Part shown: in pieces, positions 40,226 to 51,757 of the stretch
Position numbering within the stretch: position 1 is the first letter of the stretch
Layout: each line of letters begins with the position of its first letter
Origin: Mobula hypostoma
Lineage: Eukaryota
DNA: 64,000 bases
Assembly: GCF_963921235.1 (NCBI RefSeq)
Contig: NC_086097.1
Location: 201,502,001-201,566,000, forward strand
Reading direction: 5' to 3'
Program-made: the position numbers and the translations under genes
Notes under the pieces: model-generated
The model's database searches: none
The model's input: only the letters and a program-made list of their open reading frames with translations
Told to the model about the DNA's origin: nothing

Positions 40226-40747
40226 AAGTTCTGTCCTTAGTGTTTGCATTTATAAATGTGGATAAGGGTGATTTGTGTTCACTTTAATCACTCCACCAAG
40301 TCGTGTTTTCATTTGTGGTGAATACAAATGGTATTTTCTCCCAAAACCCAACTCTGGCTAAAAATGATTATCTGGTTATGGTATGAAAATGGCTATGGAT
40401 TTATTGGGTAGGGTTGCAAGAAAATAAATCAAGGGGTTGTATTTGGTAACATATTTACTTTCATAATAAATTTACTTTGAACTTAGAACTTTGGTCCAAT
40501 ATCTCTGTGAGAGTATTGAAGTATTGTTTGATAACATTACTGTGAAGCAAGTTCAGTATTTCGTTATATTAAAATTCATACATTCTGTTCCTTATTCTGT
40601 TACGCAATACAAGGTATGTAACATAATCCTGAGGGGAGCTTGCATTTATATATTGTTATTCATCTCCTTAGGACATTAAAAAGATCACAACCAATAAGAT
40701 AAATATGAATTTCCATCAGTGTAATGTAATGTGGCACCTGCCAGTGT

Positions 40748-41141
40748 TATTTTCCGTCATGTCGTTGGTGTTGTCTGGACACTGGTACCTGTGCAGCCTT
40801 CGCTCTTACACAGATGGCCGCTGCAAGCACATCTGAGGGGTTGTTCTTTGCCTGGTTATCAACCCATCCGGGTTGCTGTGACACATGCGGGACACTCAGC
40901 CCACATCAACAGCCAGGTTTGCGAGAGATCTTACGTGCAGCCACCACCATTACGTTCCAGAGTTCTTTCAAGCCGACTTGGCCACCCGTGGTAGGTGTTA
41001 CTGGCAGGACCAACGGAGAAGTGCGGCTCACTGTGATGCAGAACCCGGAAAGACAGCACAGCTACATAGCAACCAAACTCATCATAACCTTGGCAGCAGG
41101 AACCAAGTTTTTGTCTTAAGAGAGTCATAGTTACTCCCGCC
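40748..41141 (-). mobile_element. Candidate non-autonomous R2-derived retroelement (28S leader + HDV-like ribozyme + structured 3' end) outside rDNA
   Basis: 5' end GGCGGGAGTAACTATGACTCTCTTAAG is the 28S sequence upstream of the R2 site; direct repeat cctgccagtgt at 40737-40747 and 41140-41150; 3' end CGGAAAATA. Confidence 0.8.
40971..41141 (-). ncRNA. HDV-like self-cleaving ribozyme (R2 type), probably decayed
   Basis: P1 GGCGGG(A)/(T)CCTGCC, P2 AGCCGC/GTCGGCT, P3-L3 ACT-TCTCCGTT-GGT, P4 CACCT/GGGTG and J4/2 GCCAA, in the correct order. Confidence 0.72.
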
Positions 41142-41263
41142 TGCCAGTGTAGTCTCTAATACAATGTATTTTCCTTAGATGTAGAATAGATGTCAATCAA
41201 AATGTAGTTGCATGTGGTCTCCTAGGTATAAAAATAACCATTTAATGTTAGTACCTTAATCAT

Positions 41264-41534
41264 GACCCGGCTGGTGGCATAGTGGCATCAGCGTCAGACT
41301 ACGGGACGAAAGGTCTCGGGTTCGAATTCAGCCAGCGGGCTCCCCTGCACGCTTTCCATCCGTGCTGGGTTACGAGCTGGTGATCTCTTTGGAAACTCAC
41401 CCGGCAGAAGGTAATGGCAAACCACTGCTGTAACTTGCCTCGTACGCGATTCCTCACTACGTCAGAGAGGCGTGGAGGGAAATCGTCCACTAACCGGAGA
41501 AACTCCGGATGCGACATACCTTTCCTTTTTTTTT
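41264..41534 (+). mobile_element. tRNA-derived SINE with 12-bp TSD
   Basis: tggcatagtggc A-box and gggttcgaatt B-box; TSD taccttaatcat at 41252-41263 and 41535-41546; same family as 24796-25050. Confidence 0.9.
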
Positions 41535-41683
41535 TACCTTAATCATCAGTATGAATCAAGAACACTCCACTGAGGGATTTACTGAGTGATGTATAGCTTC
41601 AGATGTTGAAAGTTTGCCAGATGAAACTAGGCAGATGAGATGAACTGCAATAAAGCATGCAGAGAGGTATCTACTTTATAACT

Positions 41684-41878
41684 AACACACACAAAAGTTG
41701 CTGGTAAACGCAGCAGGTCAGGCAGCATCTCTAGGAAGAGGTACAGTCGACGTTTCAGGCCGAGACCCTTCGTCAGGACGACTGTACCTCTTCCTAGAGA
41801 TGCTGCCTGACCTGCTGCGTTTACCAGCAACTTTTGTGTGTGTTGCTTGAATTTCCAGCATCTGCAGAATTCCTGTTG
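41684..41878. mobile_element. Palindromic mini-Penelope insertion
   Basis: 66-bp perfect inverted arms around a hammerhead core; 14-bp TSD tctactttataact. Confidence 0.92.
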
Positions 41879-41974
41879 TCTACTTTATAACTGTCTGCTT
41901 TGTATTTCTTCCTCTTTCTCCTCTCTGTATTCATTTTCTCTACATCCTTCTTTCATCCGGAAAATCCAAAACCT

Positions 41975-42142
41975 GACGATGCTGAAAATCTGAAATAAAA
42001 ACAGAAAATTCTGGGAATGTTTAGCAGGCCAAGCCACATCTGTGGGAAGACATCACTGAGACTTTATCTCTGTTTTGTCTGTTTCTCTCCCACAAATGCA
42101 GCCTGACCTGCTGAATATTCCCAACATTTCCTGTTTTTATTA
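41975..42142. repeat. Old palindromic Penelope-type pLTR remnant
   Basis: aataaaaacagaaaattctggg... / ...cccaacatttcctgtttttatt imperfect inverted arms. Confidence 0.6.
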
Positions 42143-43195
42143 TTAATTGGAGCAGTTGATAATCAAGAAGAAAACTCTCTCTTCGGGGTAATTACAGTGG
42201 GTTCTCCTGTATCATAGGAGCAACATAGTATTGAGGATTTGTGTAAGAAGGTTAGACATTGTCAATTTCACTAGTACGAAGGAAGAAATGTGTCAAGCAT
42301 ATTAGACAATCTTAGGATGAAGTTTGATCATACAATGATGTCTATCTCATATGCACATGACTGAATCATGCAAATTTTTGTTAGGTGACCAAAAGGAAGC
42401 AATATTATTGGTGTTCACACAGTTGTTAATACAAAAAGTGATGGCCTTTTTATTTTAAATATTCATTCATTCTGTATGATACAATTCTGCTGATCTTGTT
42501 CTGAATTTCAAGTTTTCATAGCCTGCCCAGAGATTACAATTCATTTTTATCAAAGTTATTAATTTAACTTTGGTTATCTGTGTCTGGGGTAGAAATGTTA
42601 TTCATGTTTTTCAGAAAATTAAAAATCTTGTGCCTTTAGTTTCACGTCCAAATCAGAGGATGCCATTCATGAAATTCACCAAAGTTACTGAAGTGCTACT
42701 TATGAGCAAACTAGAATGATTGAATCTCAGGTTTTTTTGGAGAGATTGGTATAAAGATGTAAATAATGAAAAGCTCCAGGACTTTGGATATGAAACCGAG
42801 CTGAGAGACAGGATGACCACGAAAGATGACAAATTCATTGCAAGTGTGTCAGGAGATGACAGCCATAGAATTGAAAAGGTAGGATTATTGTCTGTAAAAT
42901 TATTTTCAACAGTGTCACCCTGAAATAGTAGTGTTGGTTGTTGAGAGGTGCTTTGAGTATGGTAGTATTCAATGTTGGTGGAACCATTAGCAGACTGATG
43001 TATGCTATGAGGATATCGGGAATGACCTTCTGTACGTGCATGGCCATGTTTAACAAGCAGGTCTCCAGATCGACAAAACTGCTTAAGCATTGTTTGCTTC
43101 TTTTCAGTAAATTTAAGATCATAGATTTTGTTTGTTTGTTACCAGAAAGACCATTTACAGACTAATCAGTAGTACATTTTCCATCTACTTTCCAG

Positions 43196-43323
43196 TTTGT
43201 CCAGAGAAAAAACATGTGCCTGATGAGAGTTCTTCTCTACATAATACAAGTTCTTCAACAACAATTGCACAAAACAAGCTGATATCTTCTACTCAGCAGC
43301 ATACCAAAAAAGCACTAAAACAG
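43196..43323 (+). CDS. ASXL3: ASXL coding exon: VCPEKKHVPDESSSLHNTSSSTTIAQNKLISSTQQHTKKALKQ
   Basis: Branch point actaat (43161), tttccag acceptor, gtaagg donor, 128 bp, phase matches (G|TT = Val). QQHTKKALKQ is the ASXL3-type motif. Confidence 0.93.
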
Positions 43324-44891
43324 GTAAGGTTAAACATTTACAATCATATGTCCTTTAATAATATGGTGTACTCATTTTCCCTCCCTTCAGCTGGTAAAGT
43401 AATTATCAAACTTGTTATGAGAATCTTCTATTCTAAGTTTACCTTCGAACCTTGACTGGTTGTACATAAACAGATCTAAAAATACATTCACTTGTGGATC
43501 CAGTGCAGGTCAATGGAAGTAGGCAGTTTAAATGGTTTGACGCAGACTAGACGGGTCAATGGGCCTGTTTCTGTGCTGTACTTTTCTATGACTCCAGTTA
43601 GTTCAAGAACATCAAAAAAATGCAGATATGGTAATCTGAAATTTAAAAGAAGGAAAAATACTGAAATTACTCAGCAATCATCTGTGGAATGAGAAACAGA
43701 ATTAACATTTTATGTTGAAGAGTCTCCATCAGAACTGTGGCGAAGAGAGGTTACAGAGAAATCATGTTGGTGGGGAGAGGAGCTGGGTGTGGTGTTGTGG
43801 TGGATGAGAGTATATTTCTGAGTGTGACTGAAATGGTCATGAAGGTGAGTTTTATAGATCACCCAGTCTTAGGACAATTAGGGAGAAAATGAACAAAAGC
43901 AGTGAAGTGAGGGCAGTTAATGAACATCAATAATGGAATGTAAGCTTTGCAAATGTATGGCTTTAGGATGTGCCTTGCAGTTGAAGCTGTGCCTTTGGAG
44001 AGAGAGGAACAGAGCCAACATCACAGATAGATAATTTTCAAATGATATGGCCACTTCTGACACAGAAAAGGAAAGCACGTAACCCAAATTTGTAGAAGTT
44101 AGCATTGGCTGCAATACACCCAGACAGAAGACACAATATTATTCATTAATAAATTTATATATTAATGTAATAGATTACCATGTACAATTAATATATTGTA
44201 TAATTGTATTGCAAGAGTGAATAGGACATAGATTCAAAATGCAAGGCAACAGGAGTTCTAAGTACATTCTGCTGACCCAAGGCAGTCTCCCAATCTATAG
44301 CAGGTTTTCCCAATGTGGAAGAGATCATATCATGAGCATTGAATGCAATACACCAGATTCGTTATCTGTTTGTTTTTAACATGTCAAGGTGGATGCCTCA
44401 TTTCAAAAATGCACAAAAATTCTATAGAGCTCTCAGCATAACCCAGCAGCATTATACATTTGAACAGAATTTGTGTCAGGCCTCACTTCCATTTCTCATT
44501 ATGCCTCTATTCAGTTTCTTGCACTGAATTACCTCTTGGCAGCACAGCCTTCACTATTTATCACATCTCTGTGTTTATGTTTTCCTAGTGCATCTCTCTG
44601 TTATAGATATTAATGGGGGAAGCTTCTATTTTGAGAAGAACATCAAACTTGTTGATCTAGGAGCTACTTTGTAAACAATCAGTCATTTTGTATTTCAACC
44701 TATTTTAGTCAATCTACTTTGTCCAGCCAATATGACAAAGTATTCCATTGAACTTTGTACAATCTTTCTTATATTTGCATCCATTTTCTATAATACACTA
44801 TGCTTTATTTTCTGCCCAATTCTGTGATTACTGTTAAGGTTTTCAGCCACCTGTTGTCAAGAACCTGAGAACAGGAACCAAATCAGAGACT

Positions 44892-46476
44892 TGAAATGAA
44901 TCAACTTTATTACTTACATCCTTCGTTTACATGCCGAGTAAAAATCTTTGTTACATCTCTGTCTAAATGTGCAATGTGCAATTTATAGTAATTTATAATA
45001 TATATGTACAACAAGATAGTCACTATAACATAGAAATACAATTGTATCAGCATGAATTAATCAGTCTGATGGCCTGGTGGAAGAAGCTGTCCCGGAGCCT
45101 GTTGGTCCTGGCGTTTTTGCTGCGGTGCCATTTCCCAGATGGTAGCAGCTGGAACAGTTTGTGGTTGTGGTGACTCGGGTCCCCAATGATCCTTCGGGCC
45201 CTTTTTACACACCTGTCTTTGTAAATGTCTTGAATAGTGGGAGGTTCACATCTACACTGGGCTGTCCGTACCACTCTCTGCAGAGTCCTGCAAATGAGGG
45301 AAGTACAGTTCCCGTACCAGGCAGTGATGCAGCCAGTCAGGATGCTCTCAATTGTGCCCCTGTAGAAAGTTCTTAGGATTTAGGGGCTCATACCAAAATT
45401 GTTCAACCATCTGAGGTGAAAGAGGCACTGTTGTGCATTTTTCAACCACACAGCCAGTATGTACAGACCACGTGAGATCCTCAGTGATGTGCCATACGAG
45501 ATCCTTGGTGATGTGTATTCTGAGGAACTTAAAGCTGTTCACCGGCTCAACCCCAGATCCACTGATGTCAATTCCTTCTGTAGTCCACAACCAGCTCCTT
45601 TGTTTTTGCGACATTGAGGAAGAGGTTGTTTTCTTAATACCACTGTGTCAGGGTGATAACTTCTCTGTAGGCTGCCTTGTTATTATTTGAGATTAGGCCA
45701 ATCAATGTAGTATCATCAGCAAATTTAATTAGCGGATTGGAGCTTTGGATGGCAACACAGTCATGAATATACAGAGAGTAAAGGAGGTGGCTTAGGACAC
45801 AGCCCTGAGGGGCACCTGGGTTGAGGGTCAGAGGGGCAGTGCACTCTTACCACCTGCTGGCAATCTGACAGGAAGACCAGGATCACACTACACAAGACAG
45901 GGTGAAGGCCAATGTCTCTGAGCTACTTGTTGAGCCTGTGTTATGGTGTTGAAAGCTGAAATGTAGTCCAAGAACAGCATTCTCACATAAGCATTCTTCT
46001 TCACCAGATGTGTAAGGATGGTGTGTAGGGTTGTGGCTATTATGTCATCTATCAATAGGCAAATTGTAGGGGGAGTATGGGTGGCAGCATGCTGTATATG
46101 TAATCCTTGACCAGCCTTTCAAAGTGTTTGCTTATTATTGAGGTGAGTACAACAGGATACCAGCCATTCCGACACGTTACCTTGGTCCTTTTAGGTACAG
46201 GAACAACAGTGGGTGTTTTGAAGCAGGAGGGCACTCTACTCTGGGAGAGGGAGGGATTAACAACATCTGTAAACACACCTGCCAGTTGTGCCGCGCACAC
46301 TCTGAGTACCCTCTCTGGGATGCGGCCTTGCAACTGTCCACTCGTTGGAAACAGCTGCATTCTTCAGCCTCAGAGATGACCAAGGTGCAGGTCTTTTTGG
46401 CAGCTCTCCTCAGGGGCTCAGTGTTGGTGAATTCAAACCAAGAGTAAAAAAGATTTAGCTCATCTGGGACAGAGGC
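44892..46476 (-). mobile_element. Rex/Babar LINE, interrupted by RTE (short remainder at 51458-51486)
   Basis: CAAQLAGVFTDVVN..VPSCFK..VVPVPK and LFQLLPSGK..RTNRLRDSFFHQAIRLIN. Confidence 0.88.
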
Positions 46477-49400
46477 TCTTCTTCGGTTGTCCATCAAAAT
46501 CCGATGATGACGTCCACTCCTTTAACGGTGAGACCTTTCATGACTATACAGTCCTATCCTGGACCCACAAGCTCTAATGCAGGTGGGACATGTATGTGTT
46601 GTGGTGGTAGTGGTGGCAACCATAGCTGCATTTCTCCTGGCTCTCTTCTGCTGTCTTCTGGTTGTTCTTTCCATCTCCAGAATATGAACCCCATCCCTAC
46701 ACAGCTATCGCCAAGTGGTACGGTCAGCAGCAACCTCCTCCAGGTCCTCAGCTTAATGCATTCTTCATCTGATCCTTATAGCGCTTCTTCAGCCTTCCAG
46801 CTGAGCGTCAACCATGATGTAGCTGGCCGTATAAAACTCTGCGGGTTAGCCAACATGGGGGCATCCTTATCACATGCCCCAGTCACTGCAGCTGACGCTG
46901 GGTGATCATGGCCTCAATACTTCTGCAGTTGGTCTTTGCAAGTATTTCAGTGTGAGGCACCCGCTCATGCCAGGTTATTCCCAGAATGCGCTGGAGCCAG
47001 CTTATATGGAAGCGCTCCAAGGACTTGATGTGATGGCTGAAAACCACTTGATATACGGCGACCTTTGTGGAGGGACGAAGGCTCCTGTTCTGAAAGACTG
47101 TACGCTGAAGTCTCCCAAAGGCAGCTGATGCCTGTTTAATGCGGCTCTGGATGTCGTTGTTAATGCCGCTATCCTCAGAGAGAATGCTCCCCAGATATTT
47201 GAAAGATGGCACCATTGACAGCTTTTCATCACCAACAGTGAAGGCAGGTAGAGTTGGTGGGACACTGGTACTCCATTGGCAAACCACTTCTGTCTTGGTG
47301 GTATTGATAGTCAGCCCCATCCTGCTGTACGCTCTGACTGCCACAGCAAAGACAGTCTGAAGATCCTACGGAGTATGGGCCACAAAAGCACAGTCGTCTG
47401 CATACTGCAGCTCCAGGACCTGCTCTGTACAGAGTTTGGTGGTTGTGTGTAGCCTCCTGATGTCAAAGAGGTTTCCATCTAATCTGACGTCCAATGCCAC
47501 ACCACTGCTGTCTTCAATCTCATTGTGGAGAAGCTTGGTAACACATGTTACGTACGCCGTAACTGGGTTGCCAAACCAGCAGAACTGGACCACTAGTTGG
47601 AGTCTGGATTACTAGAAAATAATAAAGTTTTATTAAAGAAATAAGTACACAGTACTCTAATCGTAAGGATATAAATGCAACAGGCTAGCAATGATAAAAC
47701 ACACATGTACACAGAACTAGGGTAATAGGAATCGACCAAGCTCTATCGCAGTCTAGGGGTAAAATGATCAGTCTTAAGTGACGCAGAGTTCAGTTCAGCT
47801 TAGTGCAGTTCGCAGTAATCGCTATTGTGCTGTTGGGGAGAGAGAGAGAGAGATGCAAATTTGATTCAGGCAGACCTTTGATGTTCACAGGTGGTTTCGG
47901 GCGGACCCTTTTATGTCTTCTATCCCACTGTGGTCACCGACTGTGACCCCTCCGTTCCGAATACGACTGTTCTTCCACGGTGAACCCGGCACCCAGGCAA
48001 GGGCAGACACACGCACCAAGTTCCCACCGATCGTACCTTTACACCCTGTGAGCCTATGGTCGGTTCCCGCGAACCGGACCTCCAAACTCCCATCACTTGT
48101 GGGGGCGCACCGCTCTTTCCAAGGGTCTCGTTATCTCGTGGTGTGTGTCGTGCCTTAGCGAACCTGTTCTTTTTATCCCCCTGCTGGGGTATCACCTGTC
48201 CATCAAACTTCAAACAGTTCAGGTTCAAAGCGACCGGTCTGTCAATATTCTGAATTGTGTTTCTTTTCTGTTATCTCTCTCTCCTCTCTCATTAACATTT
48301 TGAACGTTTCTCCATCGTCTCCCTTATCTCTGTCTCCTTAGCATCAATCTCCTGATAACTTGGTTTGTCGTCACACACACAAGAGGAAGATGTTGAAGAG
48401 CACTGGTGCTAGTACACACCCCTGCTTCACCCCTGTGCGTACAAGGAAGGGCTCGGACTCTTGTCCTCCTATGGTCACCCGAGCAGTCAATCCATCGTGG
48501 AACTGGCGAAGGATGTTGACAAATTTATTTGGACAGCCAAACCTAAGGACGACATCCCATAAGAGCTCTCTTTGCACAGTGTTGAGTGCTTTAGAGAGGT
48601 CAACAAAGACCATAAACAGGTCCTGATTTTGCTCCCAGCACTTTTCCTGAAGCTGCCAGGCTATGAAGATCATGTCGATCGCGTTCCTGTTCTTCCTAAA
48701 TCCACATTGCGATTCATGCAGCATTGACTCAGTGATGTTGCTAATGAGTTTCTAAAGCATCACCTTAGCCAGGACTTTTCCAGCAACAGAAAGGAGTGAT
48801 ATGCCCCTACTATTGCCGCAGGTGGCCTTGACACCCTTGTTCTTATAAATAACAATGATGTTTACATTTCTCTATTGCTGTGGGATGTTCTCATCAGTCC
48901 AGGCCTTGGTGATGTACTGGTAGAGGGTGTGCATACACATGTACCCTTCGTTCTTCAGTAACTCAGCAGGGATATTGTCAGTGCCAGGGGACTTGTTCTT
49001 AAGGGAACGGACAGCTGATAGAACCTCCTGGAAGGATGGCAGTAGACTGAGATCGTGGATAGGAGGAAGTTCAGGCAGTTCATCCAGGATTGTGGGGTCT
49101 GCGTCAGAGTCCTGATTAAGCAGGGTATGAAAATGCTCAGCCCACCTCAGCAGAATGGTATTCCGATTCTTCAGAAGTGTTAGACCATCTGCTGTTTTCA
49201 GGGGAGTAACGCATCAATTTATTGGGCCGTAGATGGTTTTGACAGCATTGTAAAAATTATGCATGTCATTATTATCGGCAAAGGACTGGATTTCCTGTAT
49301 CTTTTCAGTCCACCACTCATTTTGTATGGCCCGAATTGCCTTTTGCACTTTCCTCCGAGCTGCCTGCCAATGCTGTCTGATGCTGGTGGATGACGGGTTG

Positions 49401-51445
49401 TCTAAAGTTGCCTGGTGTGCTTTGTGCATGTCCTTAAGCAAGTTGTGGATGGTGTCTGAGTTATTGTCAAACCAGTCTTGGTGGTTCCTGCTCTTATGGC
49501 CGATGGATTGGGCTGCTGTCTCATAGAGCGCAGAGCTGATATAGGTCCACTGTTGTTCCATGGTATTTTCTGAGCTCAGACAAGGTTCCAGCTCCCTTAG
49601 TTTCTCAGCTAGGATGCATCGAAACTCACTTCTTGCTTCTGTGTTTCTCAGGTGGTTGCAATTTAGCCGCTTTTTATTGGGTTTTTGCAGCCGCAACGGG
49701 GGACGCACTTTCATATGGAGCTTGGCCACAATCATACGGTGGTCAGTACAGCACTCTGCACCTCTCATGGCACGGGCGATAAGAACATCCTTGATGTCAC
49801 TACGTCTGACAATGATGAAGCAGATCATGTGCCAATGTTTAAAGCGAGGGTGCATCCACGAGGTCTTATATTTTGCCTTCTGCTGGAAGATGGTATTGGT
49901 TATGGTAAGGTTATGCTCAGAGCAAAGAGTAAGTAGCCTCATGCCATTTGCATTCACCTTGCCAATACCATGCCTACCTAGCACTCCACTCCATGTCCTG
50001 TTGTTCTGTACCACCCTAGCGTTGAAGTCCCCAAGCAAAAGGATCTTATCCTAGGGATCCGGCAAAGAGCTTCATCCAATGTCTGATAAAAGCCTTCCTT
50101 GGCCTCATTCTCAGATGGCAAAGTTGGTGCATAGGCACTGAGAAGCTTGGCATAACGTTTCTTTGCCAGGGGCATACAGAGGGTCATTAGTCTTTCAGGT
50201 GTTTCTGTAAGACTTGGTAGAAAGGTGTTCTTGATGGCCAAGCCTACTCTGTGGAGATGTTGTCCACCTGGGGGGAAACCTTTCCAGAAGAAGGTGTAAC
50301 CCATCCCTTCCTGTGTTGAAGAGCCTTCATCTAGGAGCCTGGTCTCATGCAGGGCAGCAATGTCAGATGTTGTAGCGCCTCAGCTCAGCAACGATTAAGG
50401 CTGTTCCCTAGTGGGGTCTGTCAGAGATGCCGTATGAGTCCAGGAGAGTCCTTACATTCCATGTTGCCAGTTTTAGGTTGTATTGTTTCTTATTTCGACC
50501 ATAGTAGTGGAATAACCCAATAGGTGAGTGATTGAATGGGCAATTTTTAGGCCACCTTTCCTAGGCCCTTCCCCAATTGGAGTGAGCAGTGCGGTCCCTA
50601 AATTGGGCTGCTCGGTTGCACAGGGGTCTGCCGAAAACAGCTGCCACTCAGTCCCAGCTGCTAGCAACCAAATACCCTGTGCCGCTGCCGTGCAGGGTTC
50701 TGACCAGGAGCTCCCAGTCCATTCATACATGCTGCCGTTGCCAGACGCCCCATCGCCATCAGACTTCAATCATATGTGAGGTCCAGGTATTGTTCACCGT
50801 GGTCAGAGGTGGAGACCTGCGCAAGGAAGATTTTAAAGTGCCAAAAGGGGTGTGCTATCCCCAGTAGCACTATCTTCACCATGACGAGGTAAATCCCGAT
50901 GGCAAGGGTGATCCCAGGACAACAGGTCCCACATCTTGGTTGCAGGAGGCTGCTGGGTCCTTTGCCTGGAAAGGCCTGCCTATCGCGCGCCACCAGCGCA
51001 TTGCTTTTCTGTCAGGGTGTGCTCCCTTAGCCTTGTCTCAACAGACTTACCACAAGGCAGTGGGACTATCTTCCCATAGCTGGGACAGTGGTTGATCGGC
51101 GCCAGGGCATGTCCACACAGTGGTGGGCCTGCACGCCACGTCTCTGGGGCCCACTGCTGCTTCGAGATCCCCTGTAGTTTAGCCTGGGGCCGTAAGATAC
51201 CCAGTTTCTGTGTGTGGCCCTGAGGGGGCACTGCAGGAGTCTTGGTGGAGAGGCTCTGTACTGGCATGAGGAGGCTTACACACTCAGCTCCTCTTTTCAC
51301 CCTCTATTAAGGAGCCTAGCCAATGGCAATAGCTGTAAGCAGAGAGCACTGTGTGGCATACAGCATGCACTGACCACAAGCACAACTACACTACTGCACT
51401 GGATGCTTCACACACACCCTGTGAGCTAATCCTCCCACCCACACA
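46477..51445 (-). mobile_element. Apparently full-length RTE-clade LINE (frameshifted) with 12-bp TSD
   Basis: AP endonuclease (LLSAYAPT, LGDFNARV, TDHRMI); RT (ESQCGFR, GVKQGCVLAP, LQYADD); gaagaaga tail; TSD tgggacagaggc at 46465-46476 and 51446-51457. Confidence 0.92.
47546..48375 (-). mobile_element. Solo LTR (Gypsy-like, 4-bp TSD caca) inserted in the RTE RT region
   Basis: TGTTACG...CGTCACA termini; removing it restores LLCVTKLLH in the RTE ORF; AATAAA and TATA-like motifs on the minus strand. Confidence 0.88.
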
Positions 51446-51533
51446 TGGGACAGAGGCAGTATTGTTGGAAACACCACTGTGTTTAGAACAAAACTTCATT
51501 CTCGAACAGGAAAGGTACCTCATTATCAGAGAT

Positions 51534-51757
51534 AAGCAGCACACAAAAAATGCTGGAGGAACTCAGCAGGCCAGGCAGCATCTGTGGAAAACAGTAAATA
51601 GTCAAAGTTTTGGTTAAGACCCTTTATCAGATAAAGGGTCTCGGCCCAAAACATCAACAGTTTCCTCTTTTCCATAGATGCTGCCTGGCCTGCTGAGTTC
51701 CTCCAGCATTTTGTAAGTTGCCTGGATTTCCAGCATCTGCAGATTTTCTCTTGTTTG
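51534..51757. mobile_element. Palindromic mini-Penelope insertion (older subfamily)
   Basis: Inverted arms meeting at ccctttatcagataaaggg; 14-bp TSD tcattatcagagat at 51520-51533 and 51758-51771. Confidence 0.85.

Noticed and set aside
41115..41141. 28S rRNA gene
   Set aside because: Only 27 nt match, and the match stops at the R2 insertion site. It is a retroelement leader, not an rRNA gene.
42653..43165. Overlapping ORFs (145 aa and others) upstream of the last exon
   Set aside because: No recognisable domain or splice support. At most a faint resemblance to an ancient transposon.
11055..43323. Assignment to ASXL1 or ASXL2
   Set aside because: GLYALK, EENG|VC and QQHTKKALKQ fit ASXL3 better as I recall the paralogs. 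A phylogeny would be needed for certainty.
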